A DNA stretch of 64,000 nt from an uncultured Gemmatimonadales bacterium (GCA_963810185.1 CAWEMJ010000007.1:125347-189346), one strand, 5' to 3'. Counted from the first letter of the stretch, positions 8,834 to 18,640 are shown. Numbers and translations: made by a program. The notes: generated by a model from the letters alone, not told the origin.

Positions 8834-11016
8834 CTGGTCCCCTGGAAGGACGCGGAGAGCACCTCACCCACGATGGTCAGCACGCGCGGCGGCTGGTCAG
8901 GCGCGAGGCTCTTGAGCTGGAACGAAGGCACCGGTGGCGCTTTCGCGTCGGCACCCGGCACGGAGACCGAGTACGCGAGCAGGACGCCGTCACCCGAGAC
9001 CGCCAGCGCGGTGACCCGGCCGGCCATCGACTGCAGCATGATCCGCTGTCCGTCGCCGGCCACGATGCGGAGGATGTCGCCGCGACCGGGGCGCTCCACC
9101 GCCACCGCCAGGTCGCCGTTGGGGAAGTAGGCCGGGTGCGATTCCGGTTCCGGCGTCCGGGTGATGGCGCGCGGGTCGGCGCCTTCGTTGCCCATCTCGA
9201 AGAGATCGGCGTTGCCGTCGCGCGTCGAGATGAAGGCGATGATCCGCCCGTCGGGCCGGAAGGCGGGCGACGAGTTGGCGCCCGGCCCGGCAGTGAGTTG
9301 CCGCAGCCCGGTCCCGTCGCCGTTCATGGCCCAGATCTGTTGGGCGCCCCCGCGGAGCGAGGTGAACGCGATGGTGCCGCCGTCGGGCGACCACGCCGGC
9401 TCCTGGTCCGCCTCAGGAGCGTCGGTGATGCGGGTGAGGTTCTTGCCGTCGGCGTCCATCACGTAGATGTCGGTGTTGCCGCCGACCGTGCCCGCAAAGG
9501 CGATACGGGTTCCATCGGGGGACCATCTTCCCTGCATGTTCACGTTGCCGTCGGCCAGCAGCGGGACCAGGGAGCCGACATCCTCGGCATCGACCTGGAC
9601 CAGGTCGGCCCCCGCACCGCGGCGTACGCTGACGAGGAGATCGTCGGTCACGAAGAGCCGAGCCGTGGCCGACGTTCCCCACGGGGTCCGCGCGGTGAGC
9701 GTGGCGGATCCGACGCTGCCGGCCGTCACGATGCCAGCGGCGTCCACCGTCGCGACCTCCGGCCGGTCGATTCGATACTCCACCTCGCCCGCGCGTCCGG
9801 TCGGACGACCCTCGGAGTCGAGGAGCGAAACGACCAGCGAGTCACGGCCCCCGGCAGCGAGGCGGAACCTGGGCCGCTGGAAGGCAAGGCCGCCTCCAAC
9901 GACCTCGACGTCCCAGACCGTCGGCTCGAATCCCAGGGTCGTCATGGTGAGCGTGGTGCGGCCCAGTCCGCGCGCGGTGAGCCGGCGCGCCGCGGGATCG
10001 AAGACCGCCACGGTGGTGTCGCCCACCTGCCAGTGAAAGCTGGGCTCCGCGATCGGAACGGAATCGACGGTCAGCGCCTCCAGCGTGAACGCGACGGCTC
10101 CGCCCGGGGTGATCCGCAGCGGGGCGCCGGGGGATGGAGCCAGGCGAAGGCGACTGATGGGCGGGTGAACGGTCACTCGCACGCTGCGCTGCTGGCCGTA
10201 GCCCAAGAGCAGGAGGTACGTCTCGCCTGGAGCGGCGCCATAGGCGATTCCCTCCCTGCTCACCCGGACGACGGCGGAGTCGCTGCTCCGCCAGACGAGC
10301 CCCGAGGTGACCGTGCGCCCGCCCTGTGCCGGCACGAAGACACGGATGGAATCAGTGCCGGCGACCGGGAGCACGAGGCGATCGGGTGTCACGGCGAGTG
10401 AGTCATCACGCACTTGGACGTTAACGGTGGCGGTCAGCCCACCCGGCCCGGTAGCTACCAACTGCGCCTGACCCACCTTGAGCGCGGTGACGTCGCCGTT
10501 CTCATTCACGAGCGCGACGGCGGGAGTCGTCGATTGCCAGCTCACATGCACTTGGCCGAGGCCCGACCCGCCGGGCGCCACCAGCGACATGGAGACCCTG
10601 GCGGTCTCGAGTCGAAGGAGCGTGAGAGAATCAGCCAGCGGGACCAGGCGGGCGCCGGTGGGAAGCTCTGGCACCGGTTCGGGTTCCGGCGGCGGTGGGG
10701 CACCCGTCACGGTGACCGACACGGTGAACTTCCCGGTGCCGGAGCGGATCTCGATGCGGGCATTGCCTGGAGCCACGCCGACGACCGTTCCATCCTTCTC
10801 CACCCTCACCACCCCCGCCTCCGACATTACGAAGGTGAACACCGGCTCCGTGAGCAGGTTGCCGTCGGCGTCGTAGGCGCTCAGGAAGAGTCGTTCCTGC
10901 TGCGCCACCTTGAGGCGGAGTTGTGCGGGGGTGACCTGCACCTCTACTGCGGCCTGTCCCCATAGAAGGGAGGGCAGTGCGAGGAGAAGAGCAGGTAGTA
11001 GTCGGGGGTGGATCAC
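8830..11016 (-). CDS. Secreted protein with Ig-like (Big_2) repeats and a TolB-like PD40 propeller
   Basis: Signal peptide; W.S....V..V...G.V repeats; WSPDG repeats with DIYVMDADG. Confidence 0.8.
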   Translation of the reverse strand: MIHPRLLPALLLALPSLLWGQAAVEVQVTPAQLRLKVAQQERLFLSAYDADGNLLTEPVFTFVMSEAGVVRVEKDGTVVGVAPGNARIEIRSGTGKFTVSVTVTGAPPPPEPEPVPELPTGARLVPLADSLTLLRLETARVSMSLVAPGGSGLGQVHVSWQSTTPAVALVNENGDVTALKVGQAQLVATGPGGLTATVNVQVRDDSLAVTPDRLVLPVAGTDSIRVFVPAQGGRTVTSGLVWRSSDSAVVRVSREGIAYGAAPGETYLLLLGYGQQRSVRVTVHPPISRLRLAPSPGAPLRITPGGAVAFTLEALTVDSVPIAEPSFHWQVGDTTVAVFDPAARRLTARGLGRTTLTMTTLGFEPTVWDVEVVGGGLAFQRPRFRLAAGGRDSLVVSLLDSEGRPTGRAGEVEYRIDRPEVATVDAAGIVTAGSVGSATLTARTPWGTSATARLFVTDDLLVSVRRGAGADLVQVDAEDVGSLVPLLADGNVNMQGRWSPDGTRIAFAGTVGGNTDIYVMDADGKNLTRITDAPEADQEPAWSPDGGTIAFTSLRGGAQQIWAMNGDGTGLRQLTAGPGANSSPAFRPDGRIIAFISTRDGNADLFEMGNEGADPRAITRTPEPESHPAYFPNGDLAVAVERPGRGDILRIVAGDGQRIMLQSMAGRVTALAVSGDGVLLAYSVSVPGADAKAPPVPSFQLKSLAPDQPPRVLTIVGEVLSASFQGTR

Positions 11017-11317
11017 TGGGGGAAGGTAAAGGAAGGGGGAGGAAGGAGAAAGAGGACTTTGGACTTGGAGGGGCGGAAAGCGGAAGAAGGAAGGAGAGAC
11101 CTAGCCTAAGTCAATGCTATACATGCGCTTATGGCGGGCCATCACGGAGGAGCGATCCATCAGCCTGGGCAGATTCGGTTGTCTGGGGACTTGGTGGAGG
11201 GAGTGGTGCTTGCAGAACCTCCGCGGAAGTGCGAGTAATTAGGGAGGAAACTACGCCCGCGCGACTTGCGCGGTCCGGCGACGGGGGGCGTCGCACCAGC
11301 AGGCGGAGGAAGTCACG

Positions 11318-11680
11318 ATGAACGACTTGGAAATGGGCTGGTCCGGCGCGGGATGGATGGATCCCATGCCGATGTCACCCGAAAAGGTAGCGACTCCGGC
11401 ACCGCCGCCGCCGCCACCTCCGGCTCCCGCTCCCAAGGCGGCGAAGGCGCCCGCCGTGAAGAAGGCGGCGAAGAAGAAGGCGCCCGCGAAGAAGAAGAAA
11501 GCCGCCAAGAAGCCTGCCAAGAAGAAGGCCGCCAAGAAGGTCGTGAAGAAGAAGGCGCCCGCCAAGAAGAAGGCGGCGAAGAAGGCCGCAAAGAAAAAGG
11601 CGCCGGCCAAGAAGGCCAAGAAGAAGGCGGTGAAGAAGGCCGCGAAGAAGAAACCGCCGGTCAAGAAGAGAGGGAAGTAG
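11318..11680 (+). CDS. Lys/Ala-rich histone H1-like protein
   Basis: GGAGG RBS, poly-Pro linker, KKAAKKKAPAKK repeats, followed by a terminator. Confidence 0.75.
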   Translation: MNDLEMGWSGAGWMDPMPMSPEKVATPAPPPPPPPAPAPKAAKAPAVKKAAKKKAPAKKKKAAKKPAKKKAAKKVVKKKAPAKKKAAKKAAKKKAPAKKAKKKAVKKAAKKKPPVKKRGK

Positions 11681-11688
11681 ATTCCTCG

Positions 11689-11716
11689 AGCGCCCCGGTT
11701 TCCCCGGGGCGCTTTC
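11689..11716 (+). terminator. Intrinsic terminator
   Basis: AGCGCCCCGG-tttcc-CCGGGGCGCT-TT. Confidence 0.6.
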
Positions 11717-11757
11717 CCTGCGGCCCCCTCGCACCCTCCTCACGCAACGGCAGGTCG

Positions 11758-13134
11758 ATGCCCGGAAGATCCTCCATCACCAGAGCGGCCGCGACACTAG
11801 CGAGCGTCGCGCTCTGCCTGACCCTCCTCGGCGCCTGCGCCGAGAAGGGCCCACCGCGCACCGCCCTGCTGGGCGCCACTATCCTCGATGGACGGGGCGG
11901 CACGCCGCTGCGTGACGGTGTGGTGCTGGTGCGAGGCGGGACGATCGAGGCGGTGGGCGCGCGGGGAGATGTCCTCCTCCCCCGCGGCACCAAGGAGGTG
12001 GATGTGTCGGGGAGCTGGATCATCCCCGGCCTCATCGATGCGCACGCCCACGTGGCGCCCTGGGCGCTGCAGCGGTATGTGGCGTACGGGGTGACCACCG
12101 TCCGGGACATGCACAACGACTCCGACAGCATCTTTGCGATGTCGGAGGCCGCCGACCTCGGCTCGGGGCTGAGTCCGCGCATCTACGCCGCCGGCGCGAT
12201 GATCGACGGCGCCCCCGCCACCTACCCAAATGCCACCGAAGTGACGGACACGCGATCGGCGCGGCAGGCGGTGGACCGTCTCTCGGTGGCGGGCGCGCAT
12301 CTCGTCAAGGTGTACACCCGCATCACGCCGGAACTCCTCGAGGCCATTGTCGATGAGGCACGGACCTTCCGGATGCCGGTGGCCGCCCACCTCGGACTGA
12401 CCGACGCACGGACCGCGAGCCGGCTGGGGGTGACGTCGATCGAGCACCTGAGCGGCGTGCCCGAGGCGGCCGGACGGCCGGACCCGCTCTTTGCCGCGCA
12501 CCAAGACGGGTTCTTTGCGGGATGGACCGCCTTCGAGCGGAGCTGGGCCACGCTCGATTCCGTCACCCTGACCCGGCTGGCGATCCAGCTCGCGGACACC
12601 AAGGTGACGATGGTGCCGACACTGGTGCTGCACGAAGTGTTCAGCCAGCTGGACGACACCACCTCGGCCACCAACCCCGACCTCCTCTCGGTGCCAGAGA
12701 AGCAGCGAGCGGCGTGGGACGTGCCCGAGATGATCGGCCGCGCCGGGTGGACACCGGCCGACTTCGACGCCTTCCGCCGAGGGCGTCCGATGCAGGACCT
12801 GTTCGTGCGGGCGTTCAGTCAGGCGGGCGGACGAGTGGTGACGGGCACCGATGCCTCGAACCAGATGCTGGTCCCCGGAGCCAGCGAGCACACCGAACTC
12901 GAGCTCCTGGTCCGGGCCGGACTCACTCCCGCCGAGGCGCTGCGGGCGGCCACGCGCGACGCGGCGGCGCTGCTGGGAGCCGACTCGCTCGGCGTGCTGG
13001 TGCCGGGAAAGGCGGCCGATCTCGTGGTGTTGAGCAAGGATCCGCTGGCGGACATCACCAACACCCGCTCGGTGACGCGCGTCATGATCCGCGGGCAGCT
13101 CATCCTGGCGGACTCGATCCGCAATCGCTGGTAG
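11758..13134 (+). CDS. Amidohydrolase family lipoprotein
   Basis: Lipobox LGAC, PGLIDAHAH, GVTTVRD, SIEH, GTDA, GKAADLVVL. Confidence 0.9.
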   Translation: MPGRSSITRAAATLASVALCLTLLGACAEKGPPRTALLGATILDGRGGTPLRDGVVLVRGGTIEAVGARGDVLLPRGTKEVDVSGSWIIPGLIDAHAHVAPWALQRYVAYGVTTVRDMHNDSDSIFAMSEAADLGSGLSPRIYAAGAMIDGAPATYPNATEVTDTRSARQAVDRLSVAGAHLVKVYTRITPELLEAIVDEARTFRMPVAAHLGLTDARTASRLGVTSIEHLSGVPEAAGRPDPLFAAHQDGFFAGWTAFERSWATLDSVTLTRLAIQLADTKVTMVPTLVLHEVFSQLDDTTSATNPDLLSVPEKQRAAWDVPEMIGRAGWTPADFDAFRRGRPMQDLFVRAFSQAGGRVVTGTDASNQMLVPGASEHTELELLVRAGLTPAEALRAATRDAAALLGADSLGVLVPGKAADLVVLSKDPLADITNTRSVTRVMIRGQLILADSIRNRW

Positions 13135-13140
13135 CCGGAC

Positions 13141-13506
13141 ATGGCACTCACCCGCATCGTCCTCGGCTGGATGGCTGCCTGGCTCCTCTTCCTGCTCTGG
13201 GAAGCGGTGGAGGGCAAGGTGGCCGGCGGGGCGCGCGAGCCCGGGCGTACCGTGCTCCGACGGGCACCCGGCGCCTATTTCATCGAGGCGCTGCTCTTCA
13301 CGCTGATTGCCGGGCTCTGGTTTGCGAGCCTGGGCCACGGCGGGTCGTGGCTGGTGTTCGGGTTAGTCGGGTTGCTGGTGGAGTGGGCGGCCTGGATGCG
13401 GGTGGCCGACATGGACGACACGCCGTTCCCGCCACTCGTCCATGTGCTCCTCGGCGGCCTTCGCGGCGCCGCAGCGGGCGGCGTCCTCTCCCTCATTCTC
13501 TCGTGA
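13141..13506 (+). CDS. Hypothetical membrane protein
   Basis: Four hydrophobic segments; tight operon spacing. Confidence 0.65.
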   Translation: MALTRIVLGWMAAWLLFLLWEAVEGKVAGGAREPGRTVLRRAPGAYFIEALLFTLIAGLWFASLGHGGSWLVFGLVGLLVEWAAWMRVADMDDTPFPPLVHVLLGGLRGAAAGGVLSLILS

Positions 13507-14441
13507 AGCACGCTCCTGCTGCAGCCGCGCTGGGGCGGCTGGAGGAGTTCTTTGCGCCGCGCAGTTCCCGCGCGGCCATCCTGGCGCGCGAGGCGCTGGG
13601 CCGCCCGGCGTCCGGCGACGGCGCGGCGCGCGAGGCGGTCATTGTCAGCCTGCAGAAGGGACTCCGCCCCGACGGGAGCGTCGGCGGCGCGGCGCTTCCC
13701 ACCATCTGGCGCGCCATCGAACTGTTGGAGCTGGGTCATTCCGGACAGGAACCCACCACCGCCAAGCTGATCACCTGGGTGCTGGGATTGGCGGGGCGGC
13801 CCGGGGCGTTCGGCGAGGGGTGCCATCCGGCGCGGCACGAGCAGAAGGCATGCGATCACTATTTGGCGGGGTTCTTCGCGCCGGCGCCGGACACGGAACG
13901 GCTGGCACCGATCACCATGCCTTGCGGCAAGACCTTCCGCGCGGAGGCGGCGGCGCGCTTTGCGGTGAGTTGCCTGGGGCTGCGCGCGGTGCTGATGGCG
14001 GGGCTGGCGGGGAAGGCGAGCGTCAAGAAACACCTGACGAGCCTGTCACTGCTGGCGGAGGTGTGGAACGACTGGGGCGGCTACTACGCGCCGGACCTGG
14101 TGAGTTCCGCCCTGCAGCCGATGGCCATTGCGCCACCGGCGCATCGCGGGGCCACGCTCAAGGCCGCGTTGTTCATTGCAGAGAACCAGCAGGACGACGG
14201 CACTTGGCCGAACGCCGACTTCTTTCACACCCTCGAATCACTGCTCGCGGCGAACACACCGCCGGCCCGGAAAGCGGTGGCGCAAGCGGTGCCGGCGCTC
14301 ATTGCCATGCAGCGGAAAGACGGCTCGTTCGGGGCGACGGCGCAGGAGGAGCGGGCGTTGATCGGGGTGAGGGTGCTGGTGATGGCGCTGGGCGGGGCAG
14401 CGGGGCAGCGGGGCAGCGGGGCGGGCGAATCGAAGAACTGA
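13503..14441 (+). CDS. Prenyltransferase/squalene-cyclase repeat (alpha/alpha toroid) protein
   Basis: GTGA overlap with the upstream gene; QW-like motifs NQQDDGTW, MQRKDGSF, LRPDGSV. Confidence 0.6.
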   Translation: MKHAPAAAALGRLEEFFAPRSSRAAILAREALGRPASGDGAAREAVIVSLQKGLRPDGSVGGAALPTIWRAIELLELGHSGQEPTTAKLITWVLGLAGRPGAFGEGCHPARHEQKACDHYLAGFFAPAPDTERLAPITMPCGKTFRAEAAARFAVSCLGLRAVLMAGLAGKASVKKHLTSLSLLAEVWNDWGGYYAPDLVSSALQPMAIAPPAHRGATLKAALFIAENQQDDGTWPNADFFHTLESLLAANTPPARKAVAQAVPALIAMQRKDGSFGATAQEERALIGVRVLVMALGGAAGQRGSGAGESKN

Positions 14442-14449
14442 GGGACGAC

Positions 14450-15187
14450 CTAGGAGGCTGCCCTGTAGATCCACCACACTCCCACCACGATGCTGCCGAG
14501 CCCGGCGAACCGCCCGATGGCGCGGCCCCAGCGGAGCGACGCAGCTGATGCGCGCTGGAACGCCGCCGCCGCCACCATCGCATACGCCGTCATCGCGATG
14601 ATGGTGCCGAGACCAAACGCCAGCAGATACCCCAGCCCCACCGCCCAGCGGTCCATCATCGTCACCGGGACGAGCGCCACGACCGCACTTGTGCCCGCCA
14701 GCCCATGCATCAGCCCCACCACCGTCATGCCGTGTCCGGCGTGGTCCCGATCATGGTGGTGGTGCCCTTCCGGAAAATGCGCCGGCGCGTGTGCCGCGTG
14801 CCCATGGTGTTCATGGGCGTGCGCAGAGGCCGGGGCTTGATGCGCATGCAGGTGCGCATGGTCCCCGTGTTCCTCCGGCGCGTGGAGATGTAACTTGCGG
14901 GCGCGGCGCATGGCCCAGACACCGACCGCCACGAGGAGCACCCCGACCAGTCCCTCGCCCAGGGCGTCGTAGCCGGCCGGCCAGCGGAGCCCCGTCGCGA
15001 TGAGGATGCCGCCGGCCACGAACACCGCGATCGAGTGTCCCAGCCCCCAGCGGAGTCCGAACCCGGCGGCGGTCTGGAGCGTGGGCCGGGTGCTGACGAA
15101 CGCCGTCACGGCGATCATGTGGTCCACTTCGATGGCGTGCGCCAGGCCGAGCAGGAACGCGGTGCCCAACAGGACGACAGGATTCAC
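14450..15187 (-). CDS. Ni/Co transporter-like membrane protein (UreH/NiCoT/RcnA-like) with a His-rich loop
   Basis: HAIEVDH, WGLGHS, HGLAG motifs. Confidence 0.8.
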   Translation of the reverse strand: MNPVVLLGTAFLLGLAHAIEVDHMIAVTAFVSTRPTLQTAAGFGLRWGLGHSIAVFVAGGILIATGLRWPAGYDALGEGLVGVLLVAVGVWAMRRARKLHLHAPEEHGDHAHLHAHQAPASAHAHEHHGHAAHAPAHFPEGHHHHDRDHAGHGMTVVGLMHGLAGTSAVVALVPVTMMDRWAVGLGYLLAFGLGTIIAMTAYAMVAAAAFQRASAASLRWGRAIGRFAGLGSIVVGVWWIYRAAS

Positions 15188-15216
15188 GATGCGCCTTTCA
15201 CGAAAGCAGTGCCCAG

Positions 15217-16472
15217 TTGCCTGATCAGGCCGTCGCCCAGCGGATCGGGGTTCGGCTCACGTCGCTGTCGCACGGCGCCGGCTGCGCCTGCAAGCTCGGC
15301 AGCGCCGAGCTCACGGAGGTCCTGCGCCACCTGCCGGGCGTCACCGACCCCCGGGTGCTGGTGGACGCCGCCTCGCGCGACGACGCGGCGGTGTTCCTGC
15401 TCACTCCCGACCGCGCGCTGATTGCCACCACCGATTTCTTCACGCCGATCGTGGACGACGCCCGGAGCTGGGGCGCCATTGCCGCCGCCAACGCGCTCAG
15501 CGACGTGTACGCCATGGGCGGCACCCCGCTCTTTGCCCTCAACCTGGTGGCGTGGCCCCGCACCGGCCTGCCCTTCGACCTGCTCGGCGAGGTGATGGCC
15601 GGCGCCGCCGAGGTGGCCCGGGAAGCGGGCTGCCTCCTCCTCGGCGGGCACTCGATCGACGACGCCGAACCGAAGTTCGGGCTCGCCGTGACGGGCGAGG
15701 TGCACCCCGATCACCTGATGACGAACGCCGCGGGCAGGGCGGGAGACTATCCTCGTCCTCACCAAGCCGCTCGGCACCGGGCTCCTGACCACGGCGCTCA
15801 AGCGGGACCGGCTCACGGAAGCGGACATCGCCCCGGCCGTCGCCTCGATGCGCGCCCTCAACGCCGGCGCCGCGCGCGCGGCCCGGGCCGCCGGTGTCCG
15901 CGCCGCCACCGACATCACCGGCTTCGGCCTCCTCGGCCACCTCGGCAACATCCTGGCGGGGAGCAAACTCGCCGCCGAACTCTGGGTGGAGAATCTGCCG
16001 GTACTGGAGCACGCGCGCCAGATGGCGAGATGAAGGAATGGTGCCGGGCGGCACCGCGCGCAACCTCGAGGCGGCCTCGGTCCTCACCACCTACGATGCA
16101 GATGTGACCCCGGCCGAGCGTATCTTGCTGTCCGATGCACAGACATCAGGGGGACTGCTGCTGGCGGTGAATCCGGAGCGGCTCGATGAGCTGCTCAAGG
16201 CGCTGAAGCGGGAAGGCACGTTGGCGGCGGCAGTGATCGGGAGGTTGGTCGAGGGGGAGGTTGGCGCCGTCCGCATTTCGTCCTCACCCCCTGTCCCCCT
16301 CTCCGGCAAGCGGAGAGGGGGACGCGGGATTGAGCCTGTGAGCGGCCGGCGCAGGGACTGGTCCGGAGGGGCGTCGGTCCGCGACCCCCGGAGCGACCGC
16401 GGCGCGGAGGGGGCGCGGACCGCAGGCCCGGAGGACCATCCCCAGCCGGACGCGAGGATTCAGGCCAGATGA
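15217..16472 (+). CDS. selD: Selenide, water dikinase (two apparent +1 indels near 15748 and 16028; 3' end uncertain)
   Basis: HGAGCACKL, DDAAV, TTDFFTPIVDD, ANALSDVYAMGG, GGHSIDDAEPKFG, TKPLGTG, TDITGFGLLGH, DAQTSGGLL. Confidence 0.9.
16346..16449. repeat. Rod-like imperfect hairpin of about 104 nt with GGA(G) internal loops
   Basis: Arms pair by inspection; related arms at 17512-17568 and 17726-17770. Confidence 0.6.
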
Positions 16473-16693
16473 GGTGGTCCGCCGAACGCTACGACCAGCT
16501 GGAGCACGCCTGCCGGAACGGGTTGCGCGTCATCGTCGAGCGCCGCGGCACGGAGTACATCGTGCTGGCCGACCGGGTGGCCAACGGACCCCGCGGCGAG
16601 GCCTTCCACGCCCGGCTGCCGATGACAGGAGAGATGATGGAGTTTCTGCTCAAGGAGATCGAGTGGTTCCAGGTCCTGAGGAACGACGGATGA
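16469..16693 (+). CDS. Small hypothetical protein (possible WYL/YolD-like fold)
   Basis: 74 aa, ATGA-coupled to rnhA; the fold is inferred from the sequence pattern only. Confidence 0.65.
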   Translation: MRWSAERYDQLEHACRNGLRVIVERRGTEYIVLADRVANGPRGEAFHARLPMTGEMMEFLLKEIEWFQVLRNDG

Positions 16694-17320
16694 GCCCGCC
16701 ACTCGCAGTCGCCGTGGTGCACCTCGACGAGAGCTGCCTCGGCAACGGCCAGGCGGGCGCCACGCCCGGCGGCGCCGGCGGACTCATCGAAACCGCCAGC
16801 ACGGGCGGCGTCCAGCGCCGCGACTTCTTCCTCCACGCTGCCGACACCACCAACAACCGGATGGCGCTGGCCAGCGGCATCGCGGCGCTGCAGCTCCTCG
16901 CCGGCAAGGGCCAGCGGATGCGGGTCCTGCTGGTGTCCGACTCGGAATACCTGGTGAAGGGGATGCGCGAGTGGGTGCCGGCATGGAAAGCTCGTGGCTG
17001 GACCCGAAAGGGCGGCCCCATCGAGAACCTCCCGCTCTGGCAACAGCTGGTGTCGTCGGCCGGCAAGCACGAAGTGCAATGGACCTGGGTGCGCGGCCAC
17101 CAGGGACACGCCAAGAACGAGTACGCCAACGACCTGGCTGTTGCGGCGGCCACCGAACAGCACACGTCGGACGGCGCCATCCCGTCAGGATTCGACACCT
17201 GGCTGGCTGGCAAGCGAAGCCGGGGCCAGTATCTCGAGTACGACGCCGATGCGGACATACAGGCGGCTGGCGAATCGGCTCGCTCGTGGGGACGTCATCG
17301 AATTGAGAGATGTCGAGTAG
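16690..17320 (+). CDS. rnhA: Ribonuclease HI (atypical active site; indel near 17258)
   Basis: DESCLGN..PGG, TTNNRM, SDSEY, W...GW, N..LWQQL, WVRGHQGH..NE. Confidence 0.85.
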
Positions 17321-17869
17321 CGCGCCCCTCGACCCGCTGCCTCCGGCACTGGAGCACGGCGAAGGGAAGATCCGCACAGAGAGCCCGTGAATTCGCGTGC
17401 CTCCGGAGCAACCAGGTCTTCGGGCCGCGGCAATCTTGCGACGGCACTTCCGTGACGTTCCCCCTCTCCGCTTGCCGGAGAGGGGGACAGGGGTGAGGAC
17501 GGTCGTCCACAGGCGCGGAGGGGGCGCGAACTGGGTTGGCCCGGCGGACCATCCCGAGCCGACCGACCGGGCAAGCCAGCGAGTCCCTCGACCTCGCCGG
17601 CCGTGGTCGTCGGCGTCGTCGGCTCCGGAAGTTCTCTAACCACCCCGCCCGACTCCCCTGCGAACTTCCTGCGCCAACGATCGCCATCCTCCCACGTCCC
17701 GCAGACTCGCTTGTGTTCGGGGTGGGCCGGCGAGGGGATTAGTCCGGAGGACCGTGGCGAGCCGACCGACTTGGGCTCCCCCCTCTCCGCTTGCCGGAGA
17801 GGGGGACAGGGGGTGAGGCCGGACTCGCCCAGACTGGCGACATCCCGAAAGTCCGGTGAGATTGCGTCC

Positions 17870-18640
17870 GTGACCACCCTCGACCCGCTCTTCCGGCTTC
17901 TCGTCCGCACGCTCTCGGAGCAGCACCCGACGCGCGTGCATCAACCGATATCCATCAACGAACTCCTCGACTCCATCCTGCCCTACCGGTTGGTCCGGCG
18001 TGAACTTGGCGTGGACAACGCGGAGGACTACGAAACGCTGCTCCTCCGGCTCTGCGCCGGCGAAGGCGACTTCATCCAGGCCGACCCCGGCACCCAGACG
18101 GTACTCCTCGCCGAGTTGCAGAAGCCAATGGCCGACTTGGCCCTGCTCCGGGTGTACGGCGACACCCACATCGTCCTCCGGACCGATCCCCTGTTGACCG
18201 CCCTGGACGTCCGCCCCGAGGAGCGCTACGCCCCGCCCGGCGCACGCACCTCGCCGCCGCCCGAGGCGCCGGAGGCGGCCGAGACGGAGACGGACGAGGC
18301 TTCGGCGCCGGAAGCGGATGGGCAGGACGGCGGGGCCGACGATGCGTGGGTGCCCGATCCGGTCTTCGAGGCCAACGCCGGGGCACTGGTCGCGAAAGCG
18401 CCGGAACCCGCCGAGCGTTCGGAAGATTTGGAAAGGCCGCCGGAGCCGGACACGCCATCGGGGCCGGCGAGGTGCCCCTTCTGCGGCGGACTGCTCCCAT
18501 CCCGGATGATGATCAACTTCTGCCCGCACTGCGGCATGGCGCAGGACGTCGGCAGCTGTCGCGCTTGCGGTGCCGATATGGATGTCGGCTGGCGCTACTG
18601 CGTCAGTTGCGGTGAAGACGCCCAGGGAGGGATGTCGTGA
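17870..18640 (+). CDS. Double zinc-ribbon domain protein
   Basis: CPFC, CPHC, CRAC and CVSC at the C-terminus; acidic linker. Confidence 0.8.
   Translation: MTTLDPLFRLLVRTLSEQHPTRVHQPISINELLDSILPYRLVRRELGVDNAEDYETLLLRLCAGEGDFIQADPGTQTVLLAELQKPMADLALLRVYGDTHIVLRTDPLLTALDVRPEERYAPPGARTSPPPEAPEAAETETDEASAPEADGQDGGADDAWVPDPVFEANAGALVAKAPEPAERSEDLERPPEPDTPSGPARCPFCGGLLPSRMMINFCPHCGMAQDVGSCRACGADMDVGWRYCVSCGEDAQGGMS

Noticed and set aside
15265-15300. Selenocysteine recoding in selD
   Set aside because: The active-site codons are TGC (GAGCACK), with no in-frame TGA there; the TGA near 16031 is explained by an indel
16346-16449. SRP RNA or tRNA-Sec next to selD
   Set aside because: It lacks the CAGG-GGAA-AGCA SRP motif and a cloverleaf/TTC arm; its arms recur nearby like a repeat
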